Part shown: in pieces, positions 46,446 through 56,093 of the stretch | Layout of the letters: each line of letters starts with the position of its first letter | How positions within the stretch are numbered: the first letter of the stretch is position 1 | Source: an uncultured Acidobacteriota bacterium | GTDB taxonomy: Bacteria > Acidobacteriota > Vicinamibacteria > Vicinamibacterales > CAVVIG01 | Reading direction: 5' to 3' | Length of the DNA: 64,000 bases | Assembly: GCA_963821285.1 (NCBI GenBank) | Contig: CAWGDD010000010.1 | Coordinates: 530,715-594,714, forward strand | Program-made: the position numbers and the translations under genes | Notes under the pieces: generated by a model | Seen by the model: the letters and a program-made list of their open reading frames with translations, nothing else | Database searches by the model: none | What the model was told of the DNA's origin: nothing

Positions 46446-49043
46446 TAGAACGACACCCCCAGCTGCACCTGATACGCGCGCGGCGTGACGAAGTGCGTCC
46501 CGCTGAACGTGGAGAGGAAGTTGTACAGCGACTCCGTGTTCGTCAGGTTGACGACACTGAAGCGGAGACGCAGTTTGGCCTTGTCCGTGTGCAGCAGGTT
46601 GTCTGCGCCCATGCCGAGGTCGAACAGGTGGCGCGGCGCCACGCGCGACGGGTTGTTAAGCGGATCGCCTGTTCCCGCTGCCGGGACGACGAGCCGGGTC
46701 GCGGAAATGGCGCTCGGGTCGCAACTCGTGAAACCGGCACCGGGCGTCGCCGCCACGCCGCCGCACGAGACGCCGGCGGCGGCCTGCTGCGCCGGGGTCA
46801 GGGTCAACAGATCGAGCACGTCGCCGATCGAGCTGGCCGACCAGTCCTGAATCGTAGCGCCAGTTCAGCGCCGTCCAGATGCCGCGCTGCTTGTTGACCA
46901 CATACTGCAGGTTCGTCGTCAGCGTTGAACTTCTGATCGTGATCGATCCGGAACGAGCAGCCGGCATCCTCACAGGGCGGCTCGAGCAGGACACCGCCCA
47001 CGCCCGGAGGGAAATAGATGGCGTTGGTATGCGCCATCACGGCGAACGCGCTGAACCCGTGGTGCTCGAGCAGGTTGATGCGGCCGGTGAAGCCGTCGAT
47101 CGTCGAGTGATCCCATGCGACCGGGAACACGATCGGCGTGTCGAAGAGCACGCTGAAGTCGTAGCCGTTGCTGGTGTGCTTCGTGAAGTAGCCGACGTCT
47201 GCGACGAGCCATCCGCCGAACGCCTGCTGCGCGCCGAACTCGACCTGGTCGCGCGTCCCGGGCAGTGGCGGGTTGGCGGTGGTGCCGGTGAGCGCCTCGG
47301 CGCCGACGCCACTCGACAGCAGCAGGCCCTCGTTGTACGGCGTCTCCATGGTCCGGCCGTACGACGCCCGCAGGACGGTGCCGCCGGCCCCGACGGCGTA
47401 CGACACGCCGATGCGCGGCTGCAGTTCGGTCGCCGTCGTCAGCCCGTCGTAGTGATCGAGCCGCAGGCCGAGCTTGATCGTCGCGTTTCCGGCTTTGATC
47501 TCGTCCTGCGCGTACACCGCCTGCTGCTTGATGGTCGCGGCCTGGTTGTAGACGAACGGCGATCCGCCGCGGGTCAGATCGAAGGCCAGCTGGTTCGGGC
47601 TGAAGGCGGGGTTGACGGTCAGGTCGCCGGCGCACTGAACCGGGCTCGTGAGCGCCGTGTCGGTGGACGGGGTGCCGTCGGGGGCGAGGCACGGCGAGTT
47701 GAAAGCCGGATCGGTGAAACCGAGTCCGAAGTTCTCATTGAGCTTCGTGGCGCTGACTGTGCCGCCGAACTTCAGATTCTGGCGCCCGGCCGTGTACGCA
47801 ACATCCGACTTGAACCCGACGTTCCGGAGCGTGCGATCCTGGCTGACGCTGCCCGGCTGATCCGCGAACGGATCCGGGCTGGGCGAGTAGGTCACGTGAT
47901 CCTGCCGGACGTACACGTTCGCGGTGAACAGCGTCTTGAGGCCGATCACCTGGGAAAAACCGGGCGCGATGTTGAACGTGTTGATGTCCTGATGCTGCGC
48001 CTGGCCGAGCGCGTCGGCGTCGAGGCTGTTCGGCACGTCGAAAGTCCGACCGCGCCGCCTGGACGTTGAGGTGCAGCGTGCCGGCGTCGCCCGGTGCGGA
48101 CGTCGAGACGATCGAAGAACGAGACCTGGTGCCCCGAATCGTGCAGCGCCTGAAACTCAGGCGGGTCGAGGAAGCGGTCGGTCCGCATGCCGTTCAGCGA
48201 CACGAAGTTGCCGACTCTGTGCGATCCGTCTCCCATGTTGACCTCGGCGGTCGGGCTGGCGAACGAACCGTAGCCAAACGAAAAGCTGCCGGTCGGCTTC
48301 GGCTGGTCGAGACCCGATTTGGTCACGATGTGGACGACGAGGCTCGTCTTGTCGCCGTACTCCGCCGGAGCCACGCCCGTGATGATCTCCATCGACTGCA
48401 CGGCGTCCTGCGAAATCTGGTTCGAGTACACGCGGCTCTGCTGGTCGGTGACCGGCTGGTTGTCGATCGAAAACTGCGTCTGCGCGTGATCGCCGACCGG
48501 ATGGAAGAATCCGTTCGAGTCGGACACCACGCCGGGCGACGCGAGCGTGATCACCTGATTCAGGCCGGCCGACGGCTCCAGGACGAGCTTCGCGATCCGG
48601 CTTTGATCGAGATCCGTATGGGCGCTGGGATCGCGCTCCACCAGGTCTTCCACATGGCCGACGACGTCGATTGACGTCGCGGCACCGGCGAGCGAGAGCG
48701 TCAGGTCGAGCGTGATCGGCACGGCGCTCCGGACGTCGACGTCCCGGGCCAGCCGGTTGAAGCCCTGTGCCTCGACGGTCACGTGATACGAGTTGGGCGG
48801 CAGGTTGCTGAACACGTACCGGCCGGAGGCGTCGGTCGTCGCGGTTCTGGTGAAACCGCTGACCGCGTTGGCAATTTTCACCTCGACCGCCTGCATCACG
48901 CCGCCGGTCGGATCCTTCACGGTGCCCTGCAGCGTGCCTGCGCCGCCGAGGCCCTGCGCCCGGACATGGGTTGTTCCAAGAGCTCCCGCACATATCAACA
49001 GAATGCCAAGGCTCGCGCCCGGGCGTCGAATCAAATACACCAC
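46445..49043 (-). CDS. TonB-dependent receptor with carboxypeptidase-regulatory-like domain, 3 frameshifts (near 48098, 46923, 46830)
   Basis: Probable GTG start at 49043 (AGGAGG 6 nt upstream). GTLQGTVKDPTGGVMQAVEVKI, plug (IEIITGVAPAEYGDK-like) and C-terminal YQVQLGVSF. The body continues across ORFs 47946..49067, 46804..48036, 46656..46994 and 46445..46819. Confidence 0.8.
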
Positions 49044-49067
49044 GACAAACCTCCTGTTCGATTGCAT

Positions 49068-49121
49068 GTAGTGCAGGCCTTCAGGCCTGCCTGATCAGGC
49101 GGACCTGAAGGTCCGCACTAC
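49068..49121. repeat. REP doublet in inverted orientation (REPIN-like)
   Basis: GTAGTGCAGGCCTTCAGGCCTGC (49068-49090), an 8-nt spacer, then GCGGACCTGAAGGTCCGCACTAC (49099-49121). Confidence 0.8.
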
Positions 49122-49137
49122 ACCCGAATAGATCGCG

Positions 49138-49512
49138 CTACAGGAGGTCGAGCGGCGGACCGCGCGGGGCGGCGGTTGAGAGAGCGACGCGGCCGGCGAG
49201 CGCGGACTGCTCGGGGCGAACGACCGCGATCTTGACGCTGACGGGAGCGGCGGCCGGCGTGGGCGTGAGGCCGGCGCGCAGCGAGCGGAGCGAGTGGCAG
49301 AGCGCGCAGTGGTCGTCAACCGGGCCGGACGGCAGTTGTCCAGCCTGGAGACGATGCTTGCTGTGATCGTGTTGAACCGGAGGCGGATTGCAGGCGGGAT
49401 CATCCCAGCCGGTGTGGCGGAAGTCCGCGCCGCCGATGCAGACGAGCGCCGCGAGGAGCAGCGCCACGGCGCGGCTGCCGGTCCGGCGAAGTGATCGCAG
49501 CGTCTGCATCAA
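49138..49512 (-). CDS. small secreted Cys/His protein (DUF2946-like, tentative)
   Basis: 124 aa with a signal/TM segment. It contains DDHCALCHSLRS, a CxxC motif that also matches CxxCH. It sits directly downstream of a TonB-dependent receptor, a position typical of DUF2946 in copper-uptake loci. Confidence 0.4.
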   Translation of the reverse strand: MMQTLRSLRRTGSRAVALLLAALVCIGGADFRHTGWDDPACNPPPVQHDHSKHRLQAGQLPSGPVDDHCALCHSLRSLRAGLTPTPAAAPVSVKIAVVRPEQSALAGRVALSTAAPRGPPLDLL

Positions 49513-49558
49513 CGGATCGACTCTACGCCGGTCGTGAGTTCGCTGTCAAAGCCAACGG

Positions 49559-52025
49559 TCATGGCGCGGCCGCTGCGCCTCCCAGCATCACCGACACACC
49601 AGTGCGAATCGTAATCGGCAGCGCGGGGAAACCCGCGGCGGCCTGATAGTCCTGGTTCAGCAGGTTCTCGATGCTCGCATACCACCTGAGACGCGGGTGC
49701 ACGCGGTACGATCCGCTCAGATCGATCTTCGCGTAACCCTTGTCCATGTCCTGGTTGGGCAGCAGCAGGCTGTTGCCGAAGAACCCGTCGGTCAGCAGCG
49801 TGCTGTCGTCCTGCTTGCCGGAGAAGTAGCCGGCGACGGCGATCTGTCCCGGGCCCCTGGAGTAGGACACCAGCAGGTTGCCGGAATTCGCCGGCCGGCG
49901 GAACGGACGGTTGCCGACCAGCGGCGAGAACGCGCCGATCGGAATTCCTGGAAACTTGTCATTCATTGACGCCGGCGCGCCCAAGGCTTCCCTGACCTCC
50001 GCGTCGAGATACGTGTAGGAGGCGGACACACGCCAGTTCCTTGCGAACACGGCATCGGCCGACAGCTCCAGCCCATCGCCCGTCGTCGACTGCGAGTTGA
50101 CGTAGGCCCCAAACGGGGTCGCATTCGCGACGGCCGGCGGCACCCCGGCCTGCACGAGCCCGTTCTTGCCGAGGAACTCGAGCAAATCCTCGAACGTGTT
50201 GTGGAAATACGTGGCCCTCACCCGCAGCTGCCCGCGCACGAGTCCCTGCTCGACGCCGACGTCGAGATTCCCCGCGCGCTCTGGCCCGACGGGCCCGACA
50301 CCGAGCGCCGCCGCCTGCGCCGGCGGCAGAAGCGGCAGCAGCGAGTTCAATTCCTGGTAGATCGACGGCGCCTTGATGCCCGTGCCGGCGTTGAACGTCA
50401 GCTTTGTGTCGTTGGGACGTGCGGCCGTCGAGTTCTGCAGATAGAACGCGAGCGACACCCGCGGCGATACGGCGCTGCCGTAGACCGCGTGGTGCTCGTA
50501 ACCAACGCCCGCGCTCGCGAACAGGCGGCCGGCCGTGACGCGCGCCTCCCCGAAGAGGCCGCCGTTGTTGCGCGCGCTCTCCGTCTTCGGACTCGACGCG
50601 CCGCCCGACTGAGTGTATCCCTGTTCGTTCTCGAATCGACCGCCGCCCGACACCGTCAGCAGCGATCCGGCACGGTAGCTGACCTGACCGGACAGCGCGT
50701 TGCGCGTGGTGTGGCCGTCGAACAGCGACGGGTACTGCCCGCCGTAGTCGAGAATCGCCTGGCCGGTCACGGCGTACCCGTTCGCGCCCGTGATGGTCAC
50801 CGTGTCGCCGAGGTAGTTGGCGCCGAACCCGAAGGGGTCGAACGGCTTGCCCGTCGGCGACGGGTTCGTGTAGTGCGTGTTCTGCGCCATGGACGCGAAC
50901 CGGACCGTGCTCTGCCATCGGTCGTTGATCTGCGATTGCGCCGCGACGGCGCCGTACGTGAAGTCGTCCTGTTGCTTCGAATCGTCGGGGACCACGTAGA
51001 AGAGAATCGCGTTCGGGCTGCCGTAGTTCGTGTCGGCGCGCCGGAGCGTGCCGCTCAGGTCGGTTCCGTGGCCAAGGGCGGCACTGAACCGGCCCGCGTA
51101 CGTCCCGTTCGTGAACCCGTTGTTCGGGACGTCGTTGTCGGTCGTGAAGTAGCTGTAGTCGGAGAAGTAATCGAAACGGCCCGATGCGCCTGCGATCGCG
51201 ACGTCGTTCTTCATCGTGCCCAGGTTCCCGCCGTCAATCGCGTACGAGAACTCCGGGATTCGCGTGCGGCCGCGGCGCGTCGTGATGCTGACGACGCCCG
51301 ACAGGCTGTCCGAGCCGTAGATCACGCTGTTCGCCTCGCGAAGGACTTCGACGGAGTCGACTCCCGTGACGGACACAGACGAGAAATCGAAGCCGCCGCC
51401 GATGTCGTTGGCGGCCACGCCGTCGATGAGCACCTTGTTGAAATTCGACGCGCCGCCGCGCACGAACAGCGAGGTCACGGCGCCGCGCTGCCCCGCCTGA
51501 ACGACCTGCGCTCCCGGGACCAGCCGCAGCGCCTCGAGCACGTCCGGCTTGGCCAGCGCGTCGAGCGTGGCCGCGTCGATCACGGTCACCGATGCCGCGA
51601 CCTGCGACGGCAGAACGATCGTGGCTGCCGCGGTCACGGACACATTCTGCTCGAGCGGACCGATCGGCAGGGCGAGCTCGATGTTTACGCGCCCGGACCC
51701 GGAGAAAAAGATTGGATCCGACGTACGGGTTTGAAACCCGGGCGAACTCGCTTCGATCCGATACCGGCCCGCGCTCAACGCGTCGAAGGCGAAAGTCGCC
51801 GTCGGCGTTCGAGGAGGCTTCCTTCACGGCCTTCCCGTCGAGCAGCAGCCTGACGGTCGCGCCGCTCACGCGCGCGCCGAGGGGATCGACCACGGTTCCG
51901 GCAACGGTACCGCCGGTCTGCGCCCACGACGCCGGCGTCACCAGCAGCACCAGCGCTGTCAGCGCGAGACACACGTGCCGGACGGAAACGGCAAGGGGAT
52001 TGAACGTACGAGGAGTGGACAGCAT
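49559..52025 (-). CDS. TonB-dependent receptor with carboxypeptidase-regulatory-like domain, one frameshift near 51790
   Basis: Start at the internal Met of ORF 51234..52163 (MLSTPRTFNPLAVSVRHVCLALTALVLLVTPASWAQ). GTVVDPLGARVSGATVRL. After the shift: AFDALSAGRYRIEASSPGF. Plug motifs VEVLREANSVIYGSDSLSGVVSITT. Confidence 0.8.
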
Positions 52026-52087
52026 GCTTCCTGTTCTCCGCAGAAAGTCGAACGCGTTGATGTCTGGGTAGGTCTCCTGGCTCGGAG

Positions 52088-52106
52088 GTGCAGACCGTTG
52101 GTCTGC
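52088..52106 (+). repeat. REP-like degenerate hairpin
   Basis: GTGCAGACCGTTGGTCTGC has a 7-bp stem and resembles the REP stem GTGCAGGCC...GGCCTGC, but it lacks a clean GTAG head. Confidence 0.35.
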
Positions 52107-52241
52107 GGCTGCTTCACCTTCCCCGGCCGATGGCCGAGTGGTCGTTCGAAGCAGCGTCCTCACTCACAGTGGCGGGACCGCGCCGGCTTTTCACCGGACT
52201 TCCCTGTTATGCCCTCGTGGGCACCCAGACAGGGATCAGCT

Positions 52242-52568
52242 TTATACCATCTCTACTCCGATGGCGTCCAGCGCGCGCTCGGCGAGCTGCCACGCCGCGA
52301 ACACCTGGCGGCCGTACACCGATGGCCGGTACCACCGGCGCGGTCGCCCCGTCGCACCCTGGATCATGGGCTCGACGTGGGACTCGACGTAGCCCTTGCT
52401 CTGCATGCGCTGGAGCGTGATGTAGACAGTCCCCCGCTTGAGCGAACCGCCCGAACGGTCGGCCAGCCGAAGCGGGAATTGCTCCCCGTCCTGAAGCAGA
52501 CTCAGAATCAGGAGCTCGGTCTCCGCCAGCTGCGGCATCCGCGAGGTGAAATACCGTCTCGATGACAT
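52242..52568 (-). CDS. PadR-family transcriptional regulator
   Basis: 108 aa. LLILSLLQDGEQFPLRLADRSGGSLKRGTVYITLQRMQSKGYVES...RRWYRPSVYG is the winged-helix PadR pattern. Confidence 0.7.
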   Translation of the reverse strand: MSSRRYFTSRMPQLAETELLILSLLQDGEQFPLRLADRSGGSLKRGTVYITLQRMQSKGYVESHVEPMIQGATGRPRRWYRPSVYGRQVFAAWQLAERALDAIGVEMV

Positions 52569-52627
52569 GGGTGCCTCCCAAAGACAGGCACCGTAGCACG
52601 GCGGGAGCGATGTCAGGCCGGCAGAGC

Positions 52628-52671
52628 GGTCACGAGTGCGTCAGTGACACGTGAGTGACATCCGGTTGACC
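52628..52671. promoter_or_regulatory. cluster of GGTCA / GTGAC half-sites upstream of the PadR gene
   Basis: GGTCACGAGTGCGTCAGTGACACGTGAGTGACATCCGGTTGACC lies 60-100 nt upstream of the PadR start. It shares TCAGTGACA with the sites at 46178-46200 and 54687-54723. Confidence 0.4.
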
Positions 52672-52688
52672 GTGAAGACTGGCCGGCC

Positions 52689-53423
52689 TCAGGACTTGGG
52701 CACAGCGGGATACGCGAAGTCCAGCGCCGTTGCCACGCCCGGCTTGACGTCCACCGTCTTCGTGAGCGTCCCGAACTTCTCGTGCCACACGCTGATCGTG
52801 CGCTTGCCGGCAGGCACGTTGCCGATCGTGAACGAGCCGTCGGCGCCGGTGACCGCGAAGTACGGATGATCGACGATGCCGACCCACGCCGTCATCCAGC
52901 GGTGGACGTCGCAGCCGATCTTGAGCATCTCTTCATCCACGAGCTTGAAGTCGTGCGTGATACCGGCGATCGGCTGCCCCACGTTGAAGCTGTTGCGATG
53001 GCTGGAGCTGCTATGGACGTTGTGCAGCAGGTTGTCGCTGTTCTTGACGCGCAGCATCTGGCCCACGCGCGCGCCGATGACTCGAGGCAGGTAGAAGCAG
53101 GCCTTCTGATCGATGACGACCGGCTGCGCCGGCACGGGTGTCCCGGGGAAGGCGCCTTCCAGCTTCACGAACACGTTCATCAACCCGCCATCGTCGCTCG
53201 TGGCGACGACTTCGTCCACGGGCCCGGGTTTCTTGCCGGCCCACATCTTCGCGCACATCGGGTCCATGCCCATCCGGATGACCCGGTTGCCGGGGGCCTC
53301 TCCGCTCAGCTTGACGCGGCCTTTGAGCGTGCCCGTCGCATCGGGCGCGGCAGAGGCCAAGACCGCCGCCGCCGAAACCGCCAGCGCGCTGGCAGCGAAT
53401 ACGCCCCGGACGCGATGCGTCAT
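52689..53423 (-). CDS. secreted cupredoxin-like (type-1 copper site) protein with C-terminal carboxypeptidase-regulatory-like domain
   Basis: Start at the internal Met (MTHRVRGVFAASALAVSAAAVLASA). Candidate ligands are NLLHNVH and GCDVHRWM (His, Cys-x2-His-x2-Met). The C-terminal part is GADGSFTIGNVPAGKRTISVWHEKFG. Confidence 0.6.
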   Translation of the reverse strand: MTHRVRGVFAASALAVSAAAVLASAAPDATGTLKGRVKLSGEAPGNRVIRMGMDPMCAKMWAGKKPGPVDEVVATSDDGGLMNVFVKLEGAFPGTPVPAQPVVIDQKACFYLPRVIGARVGQMLRVKNSDNLLHNVHSSSSHRNSFNVGQPIAGITHDFKLVDEEMLKIGCDVHRWMTAWVGIVDHPYFAVTGADGSFTIGNVPAGKRTISVWHEKFGTLTKTVDVKPGVATALDFAYPAVPKS

Positions 53424-54016
53424 TTCTTTCTCACGCTGGCCGCGCGCTCGACCTTCTCGGCATCCGCCGGATACCAGTACTTCAGGTGGCAGTTTTCGCA
53501 CGCGTTGTCGATGACTTCGCCGGCGTCCGACAGCGCCTCGGCGTTCTTGGCGTCGATGGCCGCCAGGGCCTTGAGCCCGGCATCGTGCAGGGCGTCCGCC
53601 AGCTTGACGAGCGTGTCCGGGTCGTTGTCCATGACCATCCGGATCGCCTCGGGGCTCAGCTCGATGCCGGGGTTTTCGGATTTCTCGCCCGGCTTGGCGA
53701 CGGCGCGCCCCTCCATGATCAGCAGATTGTTCGCTTCCACGAGCGTGATCGCGGCGCGACGGACTTTCTTCCAGTCGTCGTCAGTCCGCGGCCGGCGCTC
53801 CTCAGTGCCTGCCTTCGTGACGATCGTCGCCACCGACTCCCAGAGGTAGTCGGCGGCCGGGTCGACCATCGAGTCCATGATGTCCTTGATGGTCGCCGTC
53901 TTGCGGAACGGCGGCTCCTTCTTGGCGGGCGGGGCGGGAGCGGGTGCCGAACACGCGGCGGCGATCAGCAGCGATACGCCAGCCAGCACGAGCCAATGGA
54001 ACGTTCTCAGTCTCAT
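53420..54016 (-). CDS. lipoprotein, class-II (cytochrome c-prime-like) c-type cytochrome
   Basis: Start at the internal Met (MRLRTFHWLVLAGVSLLIAAAC). C-terminal heme motif NACENCHLKYWYPAD. Paralog of 34055-34708. The stop overlaps the cupredoxin start (ATGA). Confidence 0.6.
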   Translation of the reverse strand: MRLRTFHWLVLAGVSLLIAAACSAPAPAPPAKKEPPFRKTATIKDIMDSMVDPAADYLWESVATIVTKAGTEERRPRTDDDWKKVRRAAITLVEANNLLIMEGRAVAKPGEKSENPGIELSPEAIRMVMDNDPDTLVKLADALHDAGLKALAAIDAKNAEALSDAGEVIDNACENCHLKYWYPADAEKVERAASVRKK

Positions 54017-54057
54017 TCGACACCCTTCTTCAACATGGAGCCGCCCGAAAAAGCGAA

Positions 54058-54095
54058 GGGCAGGCAGGCAGGAATCCAACCTGCCCAACCTGCCC
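54058..54095. repeat. small word-hairpin W4b (GGCAGG x3 / CCTGCC x2)
   Basis: The sequence is GGGCAGGCAGGCAGG-AATCCAA-CCTGCCCAACCTGCCC. It lies 40-80 nt upstream of the cytochrome start at 54016. Confidence 0.55.
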
Positions 54096-54115
54096 CCACA
54101 ACGACCGTCGAATTT

Positions 54116-54199
54116 GGTCATCTGGTCATCTAGTCATCTGGTCATCAATTGGATCATTTCGAAGAAATGACCAGATGACCAAATGACCAGATGACCAGA
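54116..54199. repeat. word-hairpin W4 (GGTCATCT x4-5 / AGATGACC x4)
   Basis: GGTCATCTGGTCATCTAGTCATCTGGTCATCAATTGGATCATTTC-GAA-GAAATGACCAGATGACCAAATGACCAGATGACCAGA. AT-rich relative to the window. It starts about 9 nt after the stop of the DUF6152 gene (54208). Confidence 0.8.
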
Positions 54200-54207
54200 T
54201 TCACTCT

Positions 54208-54609
54208 TTAGTCGAAGGTGCCGCCCCACTTCCAGCCGTCGGACGGCCGGGTGATCGTGCGCATCCGCAGGCGGTGATCCTCGGGATTGCGGCCCGGGTT
54301 GCCCGTGATGATGACGTGGTCGCCGGGTTTCAGCGTCTCACGCGTCACGCCCTGGCGGTTCAGCTGCAGACCAGCGCCCCACTCCACCGCGTACCGCACC
54401 ACCTGCCCCTGCGCGTCCTTGCCTTCGACGTGCACGAACGAGTGCGGGTTGCGGAAGAGGAACTGCACCAGCTCGCCTTCGACCGACTCGGTCTTGTCTT
54501 CGAAATACGTCGCCGCGAACGAGTGGTGCGCGGAGACCGGCTTCATCGTATAGATGAAGGCCCCCACGAACGCCACAGCTGTCAGTCCCAGAAGCAACTT
54601 GTGTTTCAT
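54208..54609 (-). CDS. small secreted protein, DUF6152-like, copy 3
   Basis: Start at the internal Met (MKHKLLLGLTAVAFVGAFIYTMKPVSA), followed by HHSFAATYF. Contains an FRNPH motif. Confidence 0.75.
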   Translation of the reverse strand: MKHKLLLGLTAVAFVGAFIYTMKPVSAHHSFAATYFEDKTESVEGELVQFLFRNPHSFVHVEGKDAQGQVVRYAVEWGAGLQLNRQGVTRETLKPGDHVIITGNPGRNPEDHRLRMRTITRPSDGWKWGGTFD

Positions 54610-54686
54610 CGCCGTCCTCCAGAGCCTGTCCGGCCCCTTGAATACGCAACAACATAACACGAGGCAGCGCGATTTCCGACCTTCAG

Positions 54687-54723
54687 GCGGTCAAATTGCG
54701 GTCAGTGACAGGTCTGTGACCGC
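54687..54723. promoter_or_regulatory. candidate operator: GCGGTCA direct repeat plus inverted TGACCGC, containing GGTCAGTGAC
   Basis: GCGGTCAAATTGCGGTCAGTGACAGGTCTGTGACCGC lies 78-115 nt upstream of the DUF6152 copy 3 start. Confidence 0.45.
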
Positions 54724-54756
54724 GGCACGTGTTCCTTTTTACGGATTTTCAACGGT

Positions 54757-56010
54757 TTAGCGGGCGCTTCCGGCGCTTAACGCAGACTTGGACAGCTGAA
54801 GCTCCCGGTGAAACAGGTAGGAAATGTCGATCGGCGTGTCGTCCATGGCTTTGACCTTCAGGACGACCTGGTAGAACCGCGGCAGCGAGCCGTTTGGGCT
54901 CTGCCCCTTGAGACTCGAGACGAGCTGTTTGGCGAGGTCGGGGTCGGTCAGCGCCTGCACCGCTCCCATCACGCTCGCGATCGTATTGCCGGACAAGTAC
55001 AGGATCTTGCCGTTGCCGTAGAGCCCCGGCAAGTTGCTGATCAGCGCGTGGCTTTCCTCGAACTCCTGCCCGCCCCTGGGAATGACGTCGGCGAGGAACG
55101 CGGGCTCGCCCGGCTGCGGCTTCAGGTTCTTCACGCCTTCCGGGGTGAGGACAAACGGCTGATCGATGGGCGGAATCGCCTGGATTTGCGGTTTCCCGAC
55201 CGTCGAGCCCACGAAGATGACGTCGCCCATCGCGATCTCGCCCATCGACAGCAGATCGCTGCGGATGGGAAAGACGTTGCGCTTGCGCTGGCCGAGAAAC
55301 TGCCCGAGCAGAAACGCGGCGTTCGCCGTGCCGACACCGGTGACGCCGGACGCGCTCGCCGCGACGGCGACGCCCTGCGCGCTCGCGTGAAACGGGTCGG
55401 TCGACAGCGTGACCATCAGCGGGCGATCGGACGACAGCAGCGGGCCCCACAGCTGCTGAAGCTCCGGCGTCCACGGCAGCTGCGCGCCGGTGGCCGCCGT
55501 CTTCTCGGCTCGCGACAGCCGAATACCAAAGTACGCCGCGGACACCACCGCCAGCAGGAGCGCTGCGGCGAGTGCGATCTCGCGCGGCGACACCTTCCCG
55601 CGCTGCGGCTCGGCCACCGGCTCGGCCACGGCCACGTCCACGGCAGGACGCGGCGCGAACGTCAGCGTGAAGCCGCCTTTCGGCAGGTCCACGATGATCG
55701 GATCCTCCAGGCCTTCAGTCCGGTAGTACTCGCTCAGCTTCTGGCGCAGCCGGCCGACGTGCATTCGAACGACCGACTCCTGCCGCGGGTCGTACGAAGC
55801 AGGCTTGCCGAATACGTCCAGGCCGACGGTGTATTCCTTGAGGGTGTGCGCCTCGCCCGAAAGGGACTTGCCCGCGAGGTAGTTGAGGAGGTTCCGGTGA
55901 ACTTCCGACGTCTTGAACGCCTTGCTCGAGACGATGCGCTGAACCTGGACCTGGTTCGTGTCCAGCTCGGCAACCTCGGGAACCATAACGGCCGATTGTA
56001 CTTCCTGCAT
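54757..56010 (-). CDS. membrane-anchored winged-helix (CadC/trans_reg_C-like) regulator with periplasmic domain
   Basis: IVSSKAFKTSEVHRNLLNYLAGKSLSGEAHTLKEYTVGLDVFGKPASYDPRQESVVRMHVGRLRQKLSEYY, then one TM helix (IALAAALLLAVVSAAYFGI), then a domain of about 270 aa. Start is Met at 56010, or possibly 56025. Confidence 0.65.
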   Translation of the reverse strand: MQEVQSAVMVPEVAELDTNQVQVQRIVSSKAFKTSEVHRNLLNYLAGKSLSGEAHTLKEYTVGLDVFGKPASYDPRQESVVRMHVGRLRQKLSEYYRTEGLEDPIIVDLPKGGFTLTFAPRPAVDVAVAEPVAEPQRGKVSPREIALAAALLLAVVSAAYFGIRLSRAEKTAATGAQLPWTPELQQLWGPLLSSDRPLMVTLSTDPFHASAQGVAVAASASGVTGVGTANAAFLLGQFLGQRKRNVFPIRSDLLSMGEIAMGDVIFVGSTVGKPQIQAIPPIDQPFVLTPEGVKNLKPQPGEPAFLADVIPRGGQEFEESHALISNLPGLYGNGKILYLSGNTIASVMGAVQALTDPDLAKQLVSSLKGQSPNGSLPRFYQVVLKVKAMDDTPIDISYLFHRELQLSKSALSAGSAR

Positions 56011-56030
56011 TCGGGCTGACACCATAAAAG

Positions 56031-56056
56031 GCGGGGACGGCCGGACGGCCGCCCCC
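56031..56056 (-). terminator. hairpin plus U-run after the cytochrome c gene
   Basis: On the minus strand: GGGGGCGGCC-GUCC-GGCCGUCCCC, then GCC, then UUUUAU. The single plus-strand A-C mismatch becomes a G-U pair in the minus-strand RNA. Confidence 0.45.
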
Positions 56057-56093
56057 ATTGTCCGTCGCGCCGAAGCCCAGGCGAAGGCGGACG

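Noticed and set aside
52129-52152. tRNA-like string GATGGCCGAGTGGTCGTTCGAAGC, which resembles the D-arm of Ser/Leu tRNAs plus a TTCGAA.
   Set aside because: I could not build an acceptor stem, an anticodon arm or a proper T-arm (GGTTCGAATCC-type) around it, on either strand.
54116-54199. Possibility that the short tandem repeats (W4, W5, W9) are CRISPR arrays.
   Set aside because: The units are 7-14 nt and directly abutting, with no unique spacers. The arrays are palindromic as a whole. No cas genes are present.
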